Assembly (NCBI RefSeq): GCF_004010195.1
Contig: NW_025215219.1
Location: 3,860-46,494 of the forward strand
DNA from: Chiloscyllium plagiosum
Taxonomy: Eukaryota
DNA: 42,635 bases
Direction: 5' to 3'
A model generated the notes under the pieces. It was given only the letters and a program-made list of their open reading frames with translations, was not told the DNA's origin and made no database searches. Below, in pieces: positions 35,561-42,635 of this stretch. A program made the position numbers and the translations under genes. Position 1 is the stretch's first letter; each line of letters starts with the position of its first letter.

Positions 35561-36523
35561 GGTGTGACACAGTTCTCAGTTCAAAGGAAGTTTTTCTCTT
35601 TTCGAGACAGAGAAGTAGTGTGATTAACACTTTAAGAATTCATTCAAACTCCATCTTAAAGCCGCAAATGCGTTCTTTATTACCAGACGTGCGTCGGTTT
35701 CTTATTTGTTATAGGTCTTGGTTTCAGCAGCCCACATTAATCTGTGACTTCGAGAAGTCGAGTTGTTGCTGAATTGGAGATTTTTCTGTGCTCCTGGATG
35801 TGAAGGTTCTGGAGGAGAAGCTGAGCTGCTACATTGCCAATTCACGTGAAATGATGTAACTAGTGCAAGATGCTTTAAAATCAATCCACCTCACAATCAC
35901 AGAATGATTCCCACAGGACTGTGGCGATTCCACCGCTTCATGTCTGGGCTGGTCTTTTGAGGAATTTCTAATTTACCTTCCATCATATTTTTTGCTTCTT
36001 AATCCAATGGCTCTTATAAAGTTGTTGTTGGATCTGCTTCCATCTCGCTTTCTGGTAACGCCTTCTGGGTGACTGGAGCTCATTTTCTCAAGTATTCCTC
36101 TTATTTAGGAGTTTGAATCACAATGGCAAATCTCCTCAAACGTTCTGCTCTTACCAGAGCATCTTGGTATAACCGAAACAGAAAGGAATTCCCACATCCC
36201 TGAAACAGTTCTAATCCATGTCTTCCGTTGCCACATCAGGGTCTTGATGTCTTTCGTCATGGCCAGAAAACAAAACTACCATAGAAAGAGATTTTATGAG
36301 GGTTTAATCGAAATAAATCATTAATTGCTTTTCTTAACGTTGTCTTTTGAAGGATCTTTCATGTTTTGTTCAATCAAGAAATGAAGGAAAGGTGTTTTGC
36401 TGAAATTACCTTTGTCAAGAGTGCAATTATGTGATACTGCTATGGCAGCCTTTTGACTGATAAAATGAAAATATAGTTCGATAACGTGGCCAAACAGCAA
36501 AGGATGCTGTGTGTATTCGGCAC

Positions 36524-37407
36524 AGCAGAATGTGAAATGACAAAACCCACAAACCAAAAACAGTGGTAAGTCTAGGGTGAGGTGTTCGCTACATTCGCAT
36601 ATTGTAAAAGAACTAGTTATCATCGACCAAAATTTTCAATAAGGTATCCACTACGTAAAATAAGGCCGAGAGAGAAAGGCACCTGGTCCTGCTGCACAAA
36701 GAAACGAACAGTAACATGCTATCTAAATAATTGACTCAGTTTCAAACTATTTCGTGCATCTCCCTGATTGTCCAGAAATGTAAAAGTTCCAGAAAACAAA
36801 CAGAAAGTAAAAATACCTGGCTTCCCATGACGACCTTCTCTCTGAGGTCCACTCTTGGACGTTCTGAGGTGAATAGCACGTCGAGAGATGGCACCAGTTG
36901 ACCACCTAGAGAGAGGGAAAAACGAGGGGGTGGGGGGAATAGAGGGAGAGAGAGAGAGAGAGCAGAATGTGAAATGACAAAACCCACAAACCAAAAACAG
37001 TGGCACGACTAGGGTGAGGTGTTCGCTACATTCGCATATTGTAAAAGAAATAGTTTTCATCGACCAAAATTTTCAACAAGGTATCCACTACGTAAAATAA
37101 GTCCGAGAGAGAAAGGCACCTGGTCCTGCTGCACAAAGAAACGAACAGTAAAATGCTATCTAAATAATCGACTCAATTTCAAACTATTTCGTGCATCTCC
37201 CTGATTGTCAAGAAATGTAAAAGTTCCAGAAAACTAACAGAAAGTAAAAATACCTGGCTTCACATGAAGACCTTCTCTCTGAGGTCCACCCTTGGGCGTT
37301 CTGAGGTGAATAGCACGTCGAGAGGTGGAGACCAGTTGAACAACTAGAGAGAGGGAAAAACGAGGGAGTGGGGGATGGAAGAGAGAGAGAAAGAGAGAGA
37401 GAGAGTA
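36524..37407 (+). repeat. Tandem duplication of a ~437-bp unit (36524-36960, 36961-~37407), each copy ending in (GA)n
   Basis: Both copies start agcagaatgtgaaatgacaaaacccacaaacc; >90% identical by eye. Confidence 0.95.
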
Positions 37408-38430
37408 GCTTCACAACCCCAGAGAAAGAGCAACTGCGTAAATCCATATGAGAGGCGTAATATGTTGCAACGGTGATGGGCCAATTAGCATTAGCTGTTG
37501 AAAATTAACGGTTGTTATCTCTTTGTCATCAATAAAGTTTGGAATGCTTTGATTTGGTCCTACCTTGTGTTCGTATTCTTTTGACAACAACGGTATTTTG
37601 GTATGCCTATTCAAATTCTTTCATAACATTCCAAACGGAGTTGCCTAAATTGTTTCAAGGAGAAACTGGACAGTCTTGATATGTTGGAACAGTTGAGGAA
37701 TAGAAGTTAAATCACATATTAGTTTGCTAAGTGTTTTGAATGTTTTTTCCATTTCTTCTGTTTTCGGTTCTATTTTTACTGTGGTGAAAGAATAACGTGC
37801 GTCTTGATTACACACTAGTCGTTTAACCATTTGCATCACACCTGGAATGTAGAACCTTTTATTTGTCTCGAAATAAGGTAAAAGCCAGAGTCGGGGAATA
37901 TCTCCTTATAATGTTTTATGGGAACATGGTCTGGTTCGGAACATACGTCTTCAAATTGGCATAATACTTTCTAAGGCATGTGCACTAATTCTATCAGATC
38001 TCAGTAATACTGCATTCAGCTTGATTTGGCATCATTTCTCGTTTAATCTCGAGAAATAGTTTTTAAAACAATTATTAACGTTTGATTTATGGAGTCAACT
38101 ATTCCACGGGCACTGTTTGTTCGTGCAATGAAATGCATGCCCGTCCAAATTTATACCGTGCAATTTGCAGAAGCCCATCTGATTACGAAATGAGTAAACA
38201 TTGAAAAACAAAACGCAAAGATTCATGGTAATTCCAAAAGCCTGGAGCGGAAAGCGCTGGCCGACGGACTGCAAGCACTGCAGTAGATTGGAACAACGGC
38301 ACACTGACACATCAATCTTGAATTGTTATCTGTGAAGACCTGCGGTCAATTTCTATAAAGAGATATATGGCACGTTCAGATTTATTGAACAAATATAGGG
38401 GACCGACTTACAATTAAGTCAGCTGCATGT

Positions 38431-38511
38431 GGTAATGTGACGAAGTGGTCTAAAACGCGGGAGACTGTTTCAGTCGCGACAGAGGCATGGGTTTGAGTCC
38501 TCCTGCTGTGA
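38431..38511 (+). pseudogene. Degenerate tRNA-Leu-like relic
   Basis: ggtaatgtgacgaagtggtctaaaacgc...cagtcgcgacagaggcatgggtttgagtcctcctgctg is colinear with tRNA-Leu GGTAGCGTGGCCGAGCGGTCTAAGGCGC...CAGTCTCTTCGGAGGCGTGGGTTCGAATCCCACCGCTG. The anticodon arm is disrupted. Confidence 0.65.
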
Positions 38512-38551
38512 ATAACTTCATCACTTCAAAACTGAAAAGGTTCAGAGAAGA

Positions 38552-38999
38552 GTGAGATACCAAGGGATACTTCCATATAGCCCCTCCAAGGCCCCAAGGG
38601 ATACTTACAAATTCACCGGCACCTCCATACACATCATCTATTGCATCTGCTGCACCCGATGTGGCCTCCTCTATATTGAGGAGACAGGCCGCCTATTTGC
38701 AGAACGTTTCAGAGAACACCTCTGGGACACCCGGACCAACCAACCCAAACACCCTGTGGCTCAACGCTGCAACTCCCCCTCCCACTCCACCAAGGACATG
38801 CAGGTCCTTGGACACGTCCATCGCCAGACCACAACAACACGATGGTTGGAGGAAGAGCGCCTCATCTTCCGCCGAGGAACCCTCCAACCACAAGGGATGA
38901 GCTCAGATTTCTCCAGTTTCCTCGTTTCCCCTCCCCCCACCTTGTCTCAGTCAAATCCCTCGAACTGATCTCAAGCATCTGCAGTCCTCACTTTCTCCT
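38552..38999 (+). mobile_element. Penelope-like element GIY-YIG endonuclease fragment (family P2)
   Basis: IIYCICCTRCGLLYIEETGRLFAERFREH..HPVAQ..EERLIFRRGTLQPQG. Confidence 0.9.
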
Positions 39000-39452
39000 C
39001 AAACAGTAACACAGCAAACGATCCACGTCCATGAACACCAACTAGCAATGAAACAACACGACCAGCTATCCTTAGTAGCCACACACGCAGATGACAAGCA
39101 GCATGAATTTGACTGGGACAACACTACTATTATAGGACAAGCCAAACAGAGAACAGCCAGGTAATTCCCAGAGGCATGGTCCTCATCCACAGATTCAATC
39201 AATAAGCACATCAACCTGGCCCCAATATACCGGCCACTGCAGCGGACAGTTGGAACTGACAACTGGATGCGGCAGATTCAAACTACTGCAAATGCCGGAG
39301 GAAAGATCACAGAAACGCTTCACACGAGGCTGCCAAACACTGAGGATGTCATCTAGACTGGGGACGAAACGTCTGAAACACAAATTCCCAGCGCGGTGAA
39401 CACAGCCACAACAACGAGCACCCGAGCTACAAATCTTCTCACAAACTTTGAA
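39000..39452 (+). mobile_element. Penelope-like element C-terminus and 3' terminal repeat (family P3)
   Basis: HEHQLAMKQHDQLSLVATHADDKQHEFDWDNTTIIGQAKQRTAR*FPEAW. Confidence 0.85.
39338..39375 (+). ncRNA. Minimal hammerhead ribozyme core in the P3 terminal repeat
   Basis: ca-CTGAGGA-t-gtc..gac-GAAAC-GTC-tg: CUGANGA core, stem II, palindromic ACGT, GUC cleavage triplet. Confidence 0.65.
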
Positions 39453-39742
39453 GATATAAAAGGTGTCTAAGAGGCAACATTTTCACACAGAGAGTTGTGC
39501 ATGTTTGGAATGCAATGCCAGCAGAAGTGAGGGAAGCTGATACAAATGGTGGATGAGGTTGGAGCACACAACAGCAGAGACTTCACAAATAAACCTAACA
39601 ATATATTAACTAAGGCAAAAAACGATATGCAACAGAACTCACAAACTTTCTATGCAGAAATCTAGTTCCAATAAATCAAATTTTCAGTATATCAGAGTAC
39701 TTGCAATGTGGAAATGATTTCAATAGCTTATGTGACACGGTA

Positions 39743-39973
39743 GGAGAAAGTGAGGACTGCAGAAGCTGGAGATTAGAGCTGAAAATGTGTTGCTGGAAAA
39801 GCGCAGCAGGTCAGACAGCATCCAAGGAACAGGAGAATCGACGTTTCAGGCATAAGCCCTTCTTCAGGAAGGGCTTATGATTCCTGAAGAAGGGATTATG
39901 CCCGAAACGTCGATTCTCATGTTCCTTGTACACTGCCTGACCTGCTGCGCTTTTCCAGCAACACATTGTCAGC
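39743..39973. mobile_element. Fold-back Penelope-like terminal element (family P2) with hammerhead cores on both strands
   Basis: Inverted arms. 14-bp TSD tatgt(g/c)acacggta at 39729-39742 and 39974-39987. + core CTGAAGA-a-ggg..ccc-GAAAC-GTC at 39884-39911, mirror at ~39839-39867. Confidence 0.8.
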
Positions 39974-40419
39974 TATGTCACACGGTATTCATGTCAGATA
40001 GGGCAAGTTTATTCTAAATGTAACTGTCATCATATTAAGATGGCGAATTTGCAGAAAACCGTCACAGTGGTTATTGTCAGGAGATATAGCATAGTGCTCG
40101 GCACTGCCGACGTTTAGTACAACAACCGAGTCGCTCTGGAAATTATTGCTCAGGAAATTCCAAAGTGTTTCTCTGCACAGTAGTGATTATGTCTCACCTA
40201 CCCAATCTCCATGCCTCAGATTCAATGTGGGACCCGTTTGGTTGCAACAATTTTCTATCTTGATTGCCGCATGTTAGACATTTCACAAAGTGTTTTGACG
40301 ATATTCAGGAGCCAGGTTGGAGACATAGGTGACGTTCCTGCTGAAGCAGACGAGATTGGATTTGCAAAAGCGACATTTTATAGACGCAATGGCAGTTGCT
40401 TTCAACCCTCTGTGAACTT

Positions 40420-40694
40420 GATTAGATTACTTACAGTGTGAAAATAGGCCCTTCAGCCCAACAAGTCCACACGGACCATCCAAGTAGCAACCTACGCAGA
40501 CCCATTCCCCTTCACCACTGTGTATTTAGCATGGTCAATTCACCTAACCAGCACATTTTTGGACTGCGGGAGGAAACCCACGCACACACCGAGAAACGGT
40601 GCAAAGTCCACACACAGTTGCCTGAATCGGGCATTGAACCCGAGTCTCTGGCGGTGTGAGCCTTTACAGCTAACCCTCGTGCCACGGTGCCACC
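40420..40694 (-). mobile_element. HE1-type V-SINE
   Basis: Same family as 33828-34146, more diverged. Confidence 0.85.
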
Positions 40695-40989
40695 ACTACC
40701 CACTATCCCATTACACACTGGACCCAGTCGTGCAAACAACTTTCTACATCCACACTCTATCTCCTGTCACTAAGCCACAATTGCATTCAATACCCAACTG
40801 TGATCTCACCAAAGTCCTGCACAATTTCACCAAGACATTCATTTTCCTGTACCCAAACCCACTCACTGCGAAGATTAGCACATCAATTCTCTTAGTCTCC
40901 ATCTGCTGCACGTTCAGAGATTGTTGTGTCAGGGTGTCCAGATCTCATTACACCTCCTAGCTTCAAATTTAGCACCATCCATGTTTTTA

Positions 40990-42635
40990 CTTCTAAACCG
41001 ATTCACTGATTCAGATATTGTGAAAAGCTGCGGTACAGGCATGTCATACGTTTTCAGATAAATATCTATTTATAATTAGTCTTTTTTTGTCTACCATACA
41101 GTTCTCGATCCGTGTCATTTCACCGCCCCCAATGTCACGAGTCGGAATGGTTTTATGATAATCTATTCTGTAGGATTTATCAAAAGCCATTAGAAAAAGT
41201 CCAAGAAAACTACATCCACTGGTTCCTACTAATGAATGACACTGTTTGCATCCCCGAACAATTCCAATAGTTTTGTACAACATGACTTCCCTTTTGATAA
41301 TTCATGGTGATTTTCTAAATTACTTCATTCTTTTCCACATGCTCAGTGAGTAAACGTTTCATAATGGGCTCCCGTAATTTGGCCAATGCCAACATCAGGC
41401 TGACTGGTCTAAAATTCACAGTTTTGTCTCTGCGCCCCATTTTAAACATTGAGTCTACATTACCAAATCTGCAATCTGTAGGAACTATTCCAGAATCTAT
41501 CGAATTTTGAAAGATGACCACTAATGTTTCCAAAGGTTGTTTTGTTAATTCCTGAAGTATTCTGCGATATAGATTATTAATGTTTATGGACTTATCTGAC
41601 TTTAATCCCATGAAGTTTTCACAAACCACACATCCATATTCCTGTACTCAAATCCGCTCACTGAGAAGACCAACATACTACTTAACCTCTTCACCACCTG
41701 CGTTCTTATGTTCTGCGACTGCTGTATTAGGACGTGCATGTCTCATGACGCCTCCCCACTTCCAATCTGTCACCATGCATATTCGATCCAACTTTAATCC
41801 ATGAAATTTTCTCAAACTAAGGAAGATATCCGTGCTGCTACACAAATCCGCTCACTGTGAAAACCAACATACCACTTAACTTCATAAAACGAATTTTCTC
41901 CGTTTCCTTCCTCCCTCTGTCGTCTGTGATCCTAGCATTTTCCTTTGTACAAAGATACAGAATGCAGCAAATATAGAAATGTCATTTCCTCTTACTGTCA
42001 GCGGTACTTTTCAATATGATTTCGACAAATCGAGTTTAGATACGAATGATGAACTGCAAACCCTCTCTTTGTGACGACAATTAATTTCCTATAGTCTATG
42101 CATAATCTAATTGAACTGTTTGGGGTGGAGGTTGGTTTGGAATCAATGCTACAGGAGAACTCCAATGACTCTGAGTGTACAATCAAGACGCCCTGTGTCC
42201 GGTCTCTAGATTGTCATCAGTAATTTGCCTATTTTAGGTGGGTTGAATCACTCCCAAGAACATAGGTTGGTTTGGAATCAATGCTACAGGAGAACTCCAA
42301 TGACTCTGAGTGTACAATCAAGACGCCCTCTGTCCGGTCTCTAGATTGTCATCAGTAATTTGCCTATTTTAGGTGGGTTGAATCACTCCCAAGAACATGT
42401 TTCGGCCATTGGACTGCCTTAGGAATACAAAAAGAAATATGGCAAACAGTTTAGCTCAGTTGGCTGGGCTGTTGGTTCACAGAACAGTATGATACCAACA
42501 GCGTGTATTTAATTCCCATTCCTGGTTTGAGGTTAACATGAAGGAATCTCCTTCCTCACCGGAGCTGTGGTGGCACTTCAAGTTGAACCACCACCACCAG
42601 TCGCTTCTCCTAATAAGAGAGCAGCCTCTATGGCA
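40990..42635 (+). repeat. Copy 2 of the long direct duplication (homologous to 1-1498)
   Basis: Paired ORFs 41315..41629 / 330..545 and 41998..42186 / 997..1185 are near-identical. Confidence 0.97.
42129..42398 (+). repeat. 135-bp tandem duplication specific to copy 2
   Basis: aggttggtttggaatc...cccaagaacat occurs at 42129-42263 and 42264-42398, but once only in copy 1. Confidence 0.95.

Noticed and set aside
35040..38430. Endogenous viral or novel protein-coding region
   Set aside because: 35040-35560 resolves to decayed CR1 RT; the rest gives only short ORFs without recognisable motifs.

Overview
Eukaryotic, repeat-rich DNA, almost certainly from a cartilaginous fish: it carries HE1/V-SINEs, shark-type CR1 LINEs, Penelope-like elements and Gmr1-type Gypsy elements. 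Most computed ORFs are decayed retroelement fragments or chance ORFs. The only host gene piece I can support is the first coding exon (8780-8960, phase-1 GTAAGT donor) of a GPR139-like class A GPCR. It is preceded by a consensus RFX X-box and a forkhead site, which together resemble a ciliary-gene promoter. I found no second exon (rest of TM1 to TM7) in the following ~33 kb, and the window ends in a ~95%-identical copy of its own start, implying a ~41-kb duplication unit. Other notable structure: minimal hammerhead-ribozyme cores in three Penelope-like families (several in fold-back elements with a core on each strand), a ~3.6-kb diverged 45-bp minisatellite with one stop-free consensus frame, two joined Gmr1-type Gypsy relics, a templated chimeric/inverted patch, local tandem duplications and a tRNA-Leu relic. 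Everything was read by eye: identities are estimates, TE boundaries are approximate, and family names come from recalled motifs, not database searches.
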